NCBI GenBank assembly: GCA_950097015.1
Contig: CATNEN010000038.1
Location: 20,646,001 to 20,710,000, forward strand
From: Macrostomum hystrix
Taxonomy: Eukaryota > Animalia > Platyhelminthes
Reading direction: 5' to 3'
Length of the DNA: 64,000 nt
Shown: positions 49,811-61,967 of the stretch, in pieces
Layout: every line of letters starts with the position of its first letter
How positions within the stretch are numbered: the first letter of the stretch is position 1
The notes under the pieces: model-generated
The model's input: only the letters and a program-made list of their open reading frames with translations
Told to the model about the DNA's origin: nothing
The model's database searches: none
Program-made: the position numbers and the translations under genes

Positions 49811-52800
49811 ATGCAAGGAGTTGCAGCATCTGTATCTGATACCCTGGGAAACATCAGGTAATTTTTCTAGATATATTTTTCTACTGCTCATAGGGTCAAG
49901 AGTTTATTATTAATATTTATTAATTTTTACTTTCGCAGGCCATGGCTTCAGAAAGTGACAACTCAGGCAAAGACCACCGATTCTAAGTATTTCACCACAA
50001 CTAGAAAAGGTACACATATATTACAATTAGTTTGTTTCTGAACAATTTACTAAATTGATTTCCCAAACTAAACACAACAGGTGAAATATTCGAACTGAAG
50101 GCCGAATTAAATAGCGAACGCAAAGACAAACGAAAGGAGGCCGTCAAGAAGGTGATCGCCAGCATGACAGTTGGCAAAGATGTCAGCACACTATTCCCTG
50201 ATGTTGTCAACTGTATGCAGGCCGACAATCTGGAATTGAAGAAGCTGGTCTATCTCTACCTGATGAACTACGCCAAGACTCAGCCTGACAAGGCCATCAT
50301 GGCTGTTAATACCTTTGTGCGAGACTGCGAAGATCCTAATCCTCTTATTCGCGCCCTTGCCGTTCGCACTATCGGCTGCATCCGGGTTGACGAAATCACC
50401 GCCTACCTGTGCGATCCATTGCGCAAATGCCTCAAGGACGAAGATCCCTACGTGCGCAAGACTGCGGCTGTGTGCGTAGCTAAACTGCACGACATTGACC
50501 CGCTGCTGGTTGAGGAGCAGGTGGGTTCCATTGCGCTTATCATCCTTCTCCCGTCCTCCCCATTGTGCTCAACCTACCCCCATTTCTTCAGTGTGCTCAA
50601 CCTCTTCCAGTCCTTCAGTGTGCTCAACCTCTTCCAGTCCTTCAGTGTGCTCAACCTCTTCCAGTCCTTCAGTGTGCTCAACCTCTTTTGTCTTTCAGTG
50701 TACTCAACCTTCAGTCCTTCAGTGTGCTCAACCTCTTCCAGTCATTCAGTGTGCTCAACCTCTTCCAGTCATTCAGTGTGCTCAACCTCTTTTGTCTTTC
50801 AGTGTACTCAACCTTCAGTCCTTCAGTGTGCTCAACCTCTTCCAGTCCTTCAGTGTGCTCAACCTCTTCCAGTCCTTCAGTGTGCTCAACCTCTTCCAGT
50901 CCTTCAGTGTGCTCAACCTCTTCCAGTCCTTCAGTGTGCTTAACCACACCAGTCATTTAGTTAAACTGTAGTCGCCTCCCCTTGCACTGTACGCAGGGCT
51001 TCCTGGACGCCCTGAAGGACCTGCTAGCAGACAGCAATCCGATGGTTGTGGCCAACGCGGTTGCTGCTATCACTGAGATTGCCGATTCCGCTCAGACTGA
51101 GAACGCCTCTGAGATGCTCTGCTGGAGTGGCCAGCTAATTAATAAGCTGCTCACAGCACTGAACGAATGCACTGAGTGAGTACTGTTTGGTTATCAATTT
51201 TTGTCCAATTTTTTTAGTATCTCCAAAGTATTCAGATCGGTGAAATTTCGCTTTATGTTAACCTCCTGTATTCTATTACAGGTGGGGTCAAGTCTTCATC
51301 CTGGACGCTGTCGCTAACTACACTCCGACTGAGAGCGCTGAGGCCCAAAAGTGAGCATATTTCTTTGGTCCTCAATCTTCAACGTGCTACTGTGAGTAGT
51401 ATTACGCATAAGTTAAAGACAAACCTTTGTCCACTTTTAATGCCGCCATTTTACCTATAGCTTTCTCAATGAGCTTATTAACAGTGCCAGTGTGCGGTTA
51501 TGCTGGTGGACTACATTATTGAAGGCTTAGAAGTCTTTCCTGGCATTATTTGCAGCTCTTTTTTATTAAAAATGTCATTTAGAACTCTGTAATTATCAGA
51601 AACTAAATTACATTTAACGCACATTAGCCGAACATTTTATGTTAAATTTATTCTATTTTTCACTACTGTAAGTAGCGTTGTAAATATAACAGGTCCGCTA
51701 TTAATGCCGCGCAAACAAGTTTTTTGTTTCTCTACTTGGCTACTTAAATGTAGTCAATATAGAGCTATGAATATATACCGGTTTCTGCGGTTATGCTGGT
51801 GGACTAGATAATTGATCTATTTTGTCATTGGCTAATTTTGCCTTTATTCTGAAAGGCTATTAAATTGTTTGCCAAACATTTGTTCCCGTTTTAGATTAAC
51901 ATAAATTTATATTATTAACGTTAATGTCATTGTGAGTTACAAGTACAGATAATGCTATCGTCCTGCAGCAAACGTGCTCACAATCGTGTAAAATTTCAAA
52001 CATTGCGAATACTGAGCTAAGCCTAGCGGGACTAGATTGGATCTTTATTGGGATCAGATGGAGGCGGGGAGCCCAGTAATAACTCTCTAAAGTGCGTTTC
52101 CTGCCTGCTTATTGTCCCATACAGTCTTCGAAACAGCAGTATCCACAACTAGAATCGTAGTAGTATAGAAAACCAGAATCGTAGCTGGATACACAACCAG
52201 AATCGTAGCAGGATACACAACCAGAATCGTAGCAGGATACACAGCCAGAATCGTAGCAGAACACACTACCAGAATCGTAGCAGGATACACAACCAGAATC
52301 GTAGCAGGATACACAACCAGAATCGTAGCAGGATACACAACCAGAATCGTAGCAGGATACACAACCAGAATCGTAGCAGGATACACAACCAGAATCGTAG
52401 CAGGACACACTACCAGAATCGTAGCAGTACACACTACCAGAATCGTAGCAGTACACACTACCAGAATCGTAGCAGGATCCACAACCAGAATCGTAGCAGT
52501 ACACACTACCAGAATCGTAGCAGTACACACTACCAGAATCGTAGCAGGATCCACAACAGAATCGTAGCAGGACACACTACCAGAATCGTAGCAGGATACA
52601 CAACCAGAATCGTAGCAGTACACACTACCAGAATCGTAGCAGGATACACAACCAGAATCGTAGCAGGACACACTACCAGAATCGTAGCAGTACACACTAC
52701 CAGAATCGTAGCAGGATCCACAACCAGAATCGTAGCAGGAAACACTACCAGAATCGTAGCAGGACACACTACCAGAATCGTAGCAGGATACACAACCAGA

Positions 52801-55800
52801 ACGTTATTAGGCTTTTGTCCAAAATGTTTATTGTTTCAGTGAAATTATCTGTTTTTAGATTAAAATGTCCCACTTTACTTTTTGCCGCATTTGACTTGTC
52901 AATCAAACTGAGTGTCATAACGCGGCTGCACTTTTGTGGGACAAAAAATGTGAGATCAGATGGAGGCGGGAAGCCCTGTCTTAATAATAGACTAAAGTGC
53001 GTTTTCTGCCTGCTTATTGTCTCATACAGTCTAGGTAAAAAATCAAGTTAAACTCCTTGTTCCTAAACTGTTACTATTTTATCAACTTGAATGAACTTTT
53101 AGAAAGCCCACAACCAGAATCCAAGCTAGACCCAAAATTAGAGTCCAAGCTAGACCCAAAATTAGAGTCCAAGCTAGACCCAACATTAGAATCCAAGCTA
53201 GACCCACAACCAGAATCCAAGCTAGACCCAACATTAGAATCCAAGCTAGACCCACAACCAGAATCCAAGCTAGACCCAAAACCAGAATCCAAGCTAGACC
53301 CATAGTCAGAATCCAAGCTAGACCCACAATCAGAATCCAAGCTAGACCCACAATCAGAATCCAAGCTAGACCCACAATCAGAATCCAAGCTAGATCCACA
53401 ATCAGAATCGAAGCTAGACCCACAATCAGAATCCAAGCTAGACCCACAACCAGAATCCAAGCTAGACCCATAGTCAGAATCCAAGCAAGACCCACAATCA
53501 GAATCCAAGCTAGACCCACAATCAGAATCCAAGCTAGACCCACAATCAGAATCCAAGCTAGATCCACAATCAGAATCGAAGCTAGACCCACAATCAGAAT
53601 CCAAGCTAGACCCACAACCAGAATCCAAGCTAGACCCATAGTCAGAATCCAAGCTAGAAGCTATAACCAGAATCGCAGCAGAAGCTATAACCAGAATCGC
53701 AGCAGAAGCTATAACCAGAATCGCAGCAGAAGCTATGACCAGAATCGCAGCAGAAGCTATAACCAGAATCGCAGCAGAAGCTATAACCAGAATCGCAGCA
53801 GAAGCTATAACCAGAATCGCAGCAGAAGCTATAACCAGAATCGCAGCAGAAGCTATGACCAGAATTGCAGCAGAAGCTATGACCAGAATCGCAGCAGAAG
53901 CTATAACCAGAATCACAGCAGAAGCTATAACCAGAATCGCAGCAGAAGCTATAACCAGAATCGCAGCAGAAGCTATAACCAGAATCGCAGCAGAAGCTAT
54001 AACCAGAATCGCAGCAGAAGCTATGACCAGAATTGCAGCAGAAGCTATGACCAGAATCGCAGCAGAAGCTATAACCAGAATCACAGCAGAAGCTTTAGCG
54101 AGAATCGCCTGTTCTTTTCTGGTTGAAACACAAAGTAATATTTTACAAGTGCATGAAAACTCAAACATTTATCCCAAATTCCTCACCTGAAGCATGATCG
54201 AGCGAGTGTCGCCCCGTCTGGCCCACGCTAACGCTGCAGTTGTGCTCAGCGCAGTCAAAGTGATCATGAAGCTGCTTGAGATGCTAGATCCTGGCGCGGA
54301 CTTTGTTGTTAGCACCATCAAGAAGCTGTCGGCTCCACTGGTCACTCTTTTGTCTAGCGAGCCGGAGATTCAATACGTGGCCCTGCGCAACATTAACCTG
54401 ATTGTGCAGAAGCGCCCGGACATACTCAAGCAGGAGCTCAAAGTGTTCTTTGTTAAATACAACGATCCCATCTATGTCAAGTTGGAGAAGCTGGACATCC
54501 TCATTCGGCTCACCTCGGCGGCTAATATTGCTAATGTGCTGGCCGAACTAAAGGAATACGCTACCGAGGTCGATGTGGATTTCGTTCGAAAAGCGGTTAG
54601 TGTTTCTAGAGATTGTAGAATCGCTGCAAGAATCTACATGCGACTGTCGCAGGTGGAATCGCAGCTAGAGTCGCATCTAGAATCGTATCAAGAATCGGAG
54701 CTAGAGTCGTAGCAAGAATCGCAGGTAGAATCGTAGCAAGAGTCGCAGCTAAAATCGTAGCTAGAATCGTTGCAAGAATCGCAGCAAAAATCGCAGATAG
54801 AATCGTAGCAATAATCACAGCAAGAATCGCAGATAGAATCGTAGATAGAATCACAGCAAGAATCGCAGGTAGAATCGTATCAAGAATTTTAGCTAAAATC
54901 GCAGCAAGAATCGCAGGTAGAATCGTAGCAAGAATCGCAGGTAGAATCGGCACAGTAGCAGCAAGAATCGCAACTAGAATCCCATTCCGAATCGCTGTTA
55001 TAACCCAGGTGCGAGCCATAGGTCGCTGTGCCATCAAAGTGGAATCCGCCGCAGAGCGTTGCGTCAGCACCCTACTGGATCTAATCCAAACCAAGGTTAA
55101 CTACGTTGTCCAAGAGGCCATTGTTGTCATCAAGGACATCTTCCGCAAGTATCCAAACAAATACGAATCGGTAATTGGCACGCTCTGCGAGAATCTGGAC
55201 ACCCTTGACGAGCCGGAAGCTCGCGCCTCGATGATCTGGATCATTGGCGAATACGCTGAACGAATCGACAACGCCGACGAGCTGCTTGAATCATTCCTAG
55301 AAGGCTTCGCCGATGAGCAGACAGCTGTGCAGCTGCAGTTGCTAACCGCAGTGGTTAAATTGTTTCTAAAGCGCCCAACGGATACACAGGAGCTGGTGCA
55401 GCAGGCTCTCAGCCTGGCTACTCAGGAGGCTGATAATCCGGATCTGCGCGATCGGGGTTACATCTACTGGCGCCTATTGTCCACTGATCCGGCTGCGGCT
55501 AAGCAGGTGTGAAATCTTTAATTTTTATAGTTTGTTTGAGTGTGTCTGCGAGTTGCATTTCTTTCCACTCCTCTGCTCTGCCCCCGAAATGATAAATTCT
55601 CAGGTGGTCCTAGCTGAGAAGCCGCTAATTAGCGAAGAAACCGACCTTCTGGAGCCTAACCTCCTGGACGAACTAATCTGCCACATTGGCAGTCTGGCCT
55701 CCGTCTATCACAAGCCGCCGGCCGCATTCGTTGATGGCCGCGGCGGTCAAGTTGCTAAGGCAACCAAAGGCCTGCCATCTAGGCTTGCTGGCGAAGCAGC

Positions 55801-58180
55801 TGCCGGCGGCGGACCAGCGGGTGCCGACTTTGGCGCCAGCGCGGCGCCTTCTAGACCGGCTGTCAGCGTCATACCGACGCAGGATTCTTTGATTGGCGAC
55901 CTTCTAGACATTGACATGTCCGGCGGTGTCGGCGGCGTCGCGTCCATGTCAACTGCGGCTACTTCTAATCAACCCGTTGATTTGCTCGGCGAAGGCCTCG
56001 ACTCCTTGGTGAGTGGCGCATTCCTCAAATTGCTAGTGCCAACAAGTCTCATGCTAGTATTAACAGTAGAAAGACGACGGTATTCTCCCTCCTGGGAAAA
56101 GACCTCCCTCCTACTTCACAATAGCTTCCAAACCAAATGACCATCGTCGAGATATTCAGTGATTCCTGTCGGAGTCCCTGGTGACAGGGGCAACTAACAT
56201 TGCACTGCATAAACATCTTTCGTGGATCCGTTGTTAAAAAAAAAGGAAAAAATCTATTTAATCAATCCAAAATAGTAAGCAATGATAGCCGGCATGGTTA
56301 CATGATGAAATTTTGTGAGCAGAAAATGGTGCCTTTGTTTGTGGTTTTTGCCACCAGACACCTCGACGAGAATCGTTGAATATCCTTAAATTTAGGTCTT
56401 TGTTCTGGGTGTTAATGCTGATTGGTTGAATATTTTAGGAGATGTTGGCAAAAAAAGAAAATTTGGACATTTGAAATACCCCCGAGCTCTTTCTACCGTA
56501 AACTATCCCGAATATTTTTACTCAGCTTGGCGGTCCCGTACCTTCGGCCACCTCGCCTGTGCCCGGCGGCGCTGCGGCTGGAACAACTGGCGGCGGCGGC
56601 GCCGACTCGCTAGCGGACATCTTCGGTGGTCTCGGCGGCCTCGGCGGCGGCGGAGTCGGCGGCGGCGCCGGCTTCTCGCCGCCATTCGAAACTTGGCTTC
56701 CGGCCCAGAAAGGCAAGGGCCTGCAGATTGAGGGCAGGTTTATGCGCCGAGGGCCGCAGTTGAATATGGAACTGCGCTTGCGCAATAACGCCATGCAACA
56801 GCTGAACGGATTCGCCATCCAGTTTAATAAAAACAGCTTCGGCCTGGCCCCCGCTCAGCCCCTAGCCGTTAATCCGCTCGCGCCGCAGCAGAGCGCCACC
56901 ACCCTGCTGCCGCTGAATACTAAGGGCCCGGTGCAGAAGATGGATCCGTTGCTGACGCTTCAGGTGAGCTGGCTACGTTTGACGCTAATAAACATTTGTA
57001 CTTTGCAGAATAATTACTAGTCTTAAATTGTCTTTCCTCTTCTTGCTAAGGTTTTATAAAATATTTGACACCTGTCAATTCTGATTTTATACTTGTCAAT
57101 CGTACTCTTAGTACTAATATATTGCGATATCACACCTGTCAATAGTAATGCCACACCTGTCAATCACAACGTTACACCTTTCAACAGTGATGTCACCCCT
57201 GTCAATAGTGATGCCACACCTGTCAATAGTGATGCCAAATCTGTCAATAGTGATGCCACACCTGTCAATAGTGATGCCACACCTGTCAATAGTGATGCCA
57301 CACCTGTCAATAGTGATGCCAAATCTGTCTATAGTGATGCCACACCTGTCAATAGTGATGCCAAATCTGTCAATAGTGATGCCAAATCTGTCAATAGTGA
57401 TGCCACACCTGTCAATAGTGATGCCACACCTGTCAATCGCAACGCCACACCAGTCAACAGTAATGTCACCCCTGTCAATAGTGATGCCAAATCTGTCAAT
57501 AGTGATGCCACACCTGTCAATCGCAACGCCACACCAGTCAACAGTGATGTCACCCCTGTCAATAGTGATGTCACACCTGTCAACAGTGATGTCACCCTTG
57601 TCAATAGTGATGTCACCCCTGTCAATAGTGATGTCACACCTGTCAACAGTGATGTCACCCCTGTCAATAGTGATGTCACCCCTGTCAATAGTGATGTCAC
57701 ACCTGTCATTCGCGATGTCACACCTGTCAGTAGTTAATTATAAAAACTCGGTACAATTCCTCCTTTCAAAATCACCAGGTGGCAGTTAAGAACAACATCG
57801 ACATCTTCTACTTCGCCTGTCTAATCCCAATGTACGCCCTATTCACTGAGGAGGGCGACATGGACAAGCGCGTGTTCCTATCGACCTGGAAGGACATACC
57901 GCCGGAGAATGAGACCCAGTTTAACCTTGGCTCCTATCCGCACAGCGCGGATACGGCTAGCGCTATGCTGCGCTCATTTAACGTATTCACAATAGCCAAG
58001 CGCAGTGTTGAAGCCACCGATATGCTCTATCAGTGCGTCAAACTCACCAATGGCATACTGGTGCTAGCCGAGCTCAAGATTGTCCCTCAGACTAGCTCGT
58101 ACACTCTCAGCCTGAAGTCGCGTCACGTTGAAATCTACCCGGGCTTGCACGAGGCCTACCTGGCGATTCTAAGAGGCTGA
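49811..58180 (+). CDS. AP1B1/AP2B1: AP-1/AP-2 complex beta adaptin; exons 49811-49857, 49939-50009, 50081-50520, 50997-51175, 51282-51350, 54193-54595, 55009-55506, 55604-56008, 56526-56963, 57779-58180
   Basis: [65 protein letters not shown], clathrin-box-like LLDIDM, ear domain QFNKNSFGL. All introns are GT-AG and in phase. The start is uncertain (see findings). Confidence 0.96.
50564..50940. repeat. 27-bp minisatellite CCTTCAGTGTGCTCAACCTCTTCCAGT, intronic
   Basis: Fills most of intron 50521-50996. Confidence 0.96.
51429..51615 (+). ncRNA. Candidate box H/ACA snoRNA A (3' end uncertain)
   Basis: Basal stem GTCCAC/GTGGAC, upper stem GCCGC/GCGGT, pocket TTAAT / TATGCT, H box ACATTA (51513-18) 14 nt after the start of the 3' pocket strand. 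Confidence 0.55.
51693..51904 (+). ncRNA. Candidate box H/ACA snoRNA B
   Basis: Same 5' pocket and stems as A (GTCCGC/GTGGAC); H box AGATAA (51806-11); second hairpin closed by TGATCTA/TAGATTA; ACA at 51899-901. Confidence 0.65.
51960..52126 (+). ncRNA. Candidate box H/ACA snoRNA C
   Basis: Hairpin 1 GTCCTGC/GCGGGAC with GCTCA/TGAGC; imperfect H box AGATTG; hairpin 2 TGGGA/TCCCA plus AGGCGGGGAGC/GTTTCCTGCCT; ACA at 52121-23. Confidence 0.65.
52148..52800. repeat. 24-bp (2x12) minisatellite ACCAGAATCGTAGCAGGATACACA, intronic
   Basis: About 27 units; lies between snoRNA candidates C and D. Confidence 0.97.
52866..53031 (+). ncRNA. Candidate box H/ACA snoRNA D
   Basis: Hairpin 1 TCCCAC/GTGGGA with GCCGC/GCGGC; H box ACAAAA (52941-46); hairpin 2 TGAGA/TCTCA (compensatory relative to C); ACA at 53026-28, 14 nt after the start of the 3' pocket strand. 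Confidence 0.75.
53107..54095. repeat. Compound minisatellite: 24-bp CAGAATCCAAGCTAGACCCACAAY switching at about 53655 to 24-bp ACCAGAATCGCAGCAGAAGCTATR, intronic
   Basis: Units visible directly; the 8-aa periodicity of the spurious ORFs confirms the 24-nt period. Confidence 0.97.
54612..54995. repeat. Degenerate 12-bp minisatellite AGAATCGYAGCW filling intron 54596-55008
   Basis: Visible directly. Confidence 0.93.
57130..57730. repeat. 21-bp minisatellite CACACCTGTCAATAGTGATGY, intronic
   Basis: About 28 units in intron 56964-57778. Confidence 0.96.
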
Positions 58181-61100
58181 GTTATTTATTGGACTAGGCG
58201 AACAAGTTTCCTAGGCTACCACTTGACGGGTCATTTTCTATGAAAAACAAAGCGTAATAGTTAGTTACCATTGCCGTAAACAATACTAGTTTAAGTAGCA
58301 ATCTTAGAAAATTGTTCTCTTTATTACTACAGCTGTTAATTATGCAATTTTATTTATCCACAAGGTGTTGTGCTGCTATATAGTTCGTGAAAATTGTATA
58401 CGTTGTTACACTGTCATCGAATGCGTTTAATTAATTTTTTTTGAGTTTTGCTCACACTGTACTATTAGTAATAAGTAACATATAATTTAAAATTTATAAC
58501 TTTAACTTAAAAACCGAACAGACGAATTTTTCTGACCAAATATATAATATTAACTCCAATTTTGCAAATTCGTCCACCTACTCCCACCAACTACCATCTG
58601 CAATTTTCTTATTTGTTTAATTTACTCTATTTTTGTGCAATATTCACATTGTCTTTATTCGAGCAATGTAAGTAATTTATGACATTTTATGAACGTTTTT
58701 GTATCACAACACAATCCGAAATGAATAAATTATCATATTCATCGTCGTCATTTTCTGTGATAAATTCCAACCGTTTATTTGGCACCTATTTACTTCTATT
58801 ATGTTAAGTAGCGATCTAGAATTTCTTATTAGTACTGCACGCTTCTTGATGTGTTTCGTTTTTTCTTGGTAAACTTTCATAACTTTGTTCTATTGCTTCT
58901 TTAAGTTTTGAAGTTAGTAAAAACGTATCCGTTAATATTGTCAGAAAAATCGTAGGTTCTGTAGCTTTAGAAGTGGCCATTGTCTTTATATTTTACATCG
59001 ATATGTAAGTAGATAAAACTAGCTGCAGTTAAGAAACATCATAATAAACATGCTTTAGTTATCAAATTCAGAGCGTTTGTTGTTTAGCTTCAACATAGTT
59101 CTATGCGATACAAACGATGCAGAGCAAACTTGTTGTTGTGATTTTTTTCTCCAATTTTTTTAGGGTGTGCAAGCGCAAATGCATTAGATGGAATAGTGCA
59201 CAACGCATTTGAGTCGAAATTACTTGATTTCAGAAGGACAGGAATATGTTATAATTAAAGCTGAATCCGATGCAAGCATCGCCATTGACTTAGTTCCAAA
59301 GCCGCTCATTTAATAATTGTACTAATCGGCCAACGCAATTGTTTATTGACACAGTTTACTGCGACAAAAGTGAACCACAAGCACTGACAAAAATGAACCA
59401 CAAGCACTGAGTATTATTAAGAAAATGTTTAGTCCCAGAGTAAATTGTCAAACGTAATAACAAAACTATTTCCGTTAACAAGTCTTGTTTTTTTAATAGT
59501 GTCTATTTATATGTCAATTTAAACTATGATTTTACGCGAAAGCGTTTTCAAGCAATTTATTAAAGTCGCCCATAACATTGTCCCAAAAGCTCGGGCCAAA
59601 ATAATAACTTGCCTCTTGTGCCAAGCTAGTGGCTGATAAGACAGAAAAAACAAGTTTATTATGTGCCTTCTTGGCTAGCAACTAACATAGGCACAGCTAT
59701 ATATAATGTATAATGTTGTGCTGTAGCCCAGCTCTTATTTATTAGGTTAGGCCTTAGTAATAGTAGGCTCTAAAAATTTTTTTCCCATGAAGGGAAATGC
59801 AATAATCCAACATTCAGACTAGCTGGCACTGGGCCCTAGTCACTTGCCATACATTTTGTCTGCTCTGCTGCAGCAGCTGTTGTTATCATGATGAACCATT
59901 ATTAGTTTTTTTCTGGCGCACCTTAGTTTGTGTATGGTGGCATGTACACAGTACACTGGGATATGCACAACACAAAGCCCTAGCACACACTTTAAAGTGG
60001 GTGTGTGAGTTAGTAATCTGTGTACAGCAAGCCAATTTGTTTGCTTTCCTTAGTCCTGTCCTTGTCCAACTCTTGAACCTTCTCCAAAATCTATAGGCCC
60101 CTACACTGTACACTTTATGAATTTTCTAATCGTTTTTAAGGCTATTCTCGTGATGCTTTAAATTATTTGGATGTGAAGCATATATTTTACTTACTAATAT
60201 AGTTGTAACTTCCCTATTTTTAACTACATTATTTTGACTTTTGATAGCTAGTATTTGACTCTTAAGTCTTACTTGTTGCTTTGCCCTATGCCCTTTGCCC
60301 TTGTTTTATCTGCCATAGATAAATCATGGCAGATAAAATTGCCTTAATGGCTAGGATAATGTATCAACAACCGAACAATGTATCTTCAAAACCGAACAAG
60401 AATTTTGACTCCTTCCTTGGTCTTGTGCAAGATAGAAACAAGCTATTATGTTTCACAGAACAACTAATTTGAAAGTTGAAGAAATTATCTACAAGCTGAG
60501 GCATGATGTGCAATGAAGCATTAAGAGAAAAGAAAGATATTGATGTTTCAGTAGAAATTTTTATTGCAAAAGCATACTTTTTAACAACATTTTTTCAGTA
60601 TGTACTTTAGACGAAGTCGAAGATTGTATGTGGTTGCTTGCCAATTAAATGACCATAAATGTAGTTATTTATAGAGCATGAAAAATGCTTTCAAATGACA
60701 TAATTCATGATAGTTCACTCCTTAAAATAAGATTAAACCACTCACTCAAATTGTACAACCAAACATCAAATTCTCTGTTTGGTTTGAAGATACATGAAAA
60801 TCATTGTTCGCTTTTAGATAAAAAGCAGGAATAACTTTTTTCTATTTGACAAAAAAGCAAAAGCAGATACTTTTTAGAAAGATGTAACTGTTTTCTATAA
60901 CTTGGCTTTTGATTTATCATCATATCTTAAATAGAAAATCTGTAGCTTAGGTTTGAAGTTAAAAAAATACACATTCTTGTTTGGTTGATGATACATTACC
61001 CTAGGCCTATTTAAGTTTTGTGCTAGTTTTTTATATTGATAACTTACCATGTTCTCTTTACTATGGTGCTCTGTGTGTTAAGCCTTAGAACAAGTATTTC

Positions 61101-61967
61101 ATTAATATATGCTTATTCTAATATTGCTTGGCTATTTCATATAGGCCTAGCATTTTACTTAAATGCATTGTGTATAGACTTAAATATCCCTAAGCAAAAT
61201 CCTAAGAATTATCCTTTTCCAATATATCAAATTATTTTTATATCAATTTTTTCAGAAAACTATAGCTAACTATAATAATTATAACACATTATTATTACTG
61301 GTCCCCTTTCATTTTCATACATTTTATAATTATAAAATTTAATTTCTTTCTATATTGTCTTCATTAAAATAAACTAACCACCTATCTAGTCTAACTTTAA
61401 TTAATAAAACTGAATTTTTTTATAACTTTAATTAATTATTTTGAATTTTCATGATTTTCATTGCTTATATGTTTTATTTGCAATCCCACATAAAATAACA
61501 ATTGTCATATAACAGTATACAAGAAAATTATGACTACATTAGTAGATTTTACCTTATAAAAAGAGACCTCATGACTTACTTTATATTTTAATAGATGCTT
61601 TTAAACTGTTCCAAACGTGTTATTAAGCTTGATTATATATGATATGATAATACAATGATTAAAAATACAAACTGTAATTAAATAATATGTGATGCCGCCT
61701 AATGCAGTTTTAATGTTTCTTTGTTAAGTTTTTAAGTTCTAAATGGTCAAAATATTATGCAAAATAAATATTACAAAGGTTGAATGCAATGAAAATTGTG
61801 TCATACTAGTGGCACCCAACATATCTAAGTATTTTCCTGAAAACAAGTAACAAGAAAACTTTTTCCTTATTAAGTGGCAAAATGGTACCTATTTCATTCA
61901 TTACAGCTTATCTAATAGAAAAAGAAAAAAATCAAGCAAATTCTATAAATCTGTGCATCCAATTATT

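Noticed and set aside
56303-56421. Possible box C/D snoRNA (ATGATGA...CTGA) in a beta-adaptin intron
   Set aside because: No convincing terminal stem or recognisable rRNA-complementary guide.
83-57789. Many long low-complexity ORFs (83-806, 1493-2461, 10192-10695, 19391-22769, 25667-27127, 34122-34702, 52087-54190, 57093-57789)
   Set aside because: They are translations of minisatellites, often open in several frames, and most lie inside introns of well-supported genes.
60304-60338. 13-bp perfect hairpin TTTTATCTGCCAT...ATGGCAGATAAAA
   Set aside because: Isolated and single-copy in the window, with no context to assign a function.
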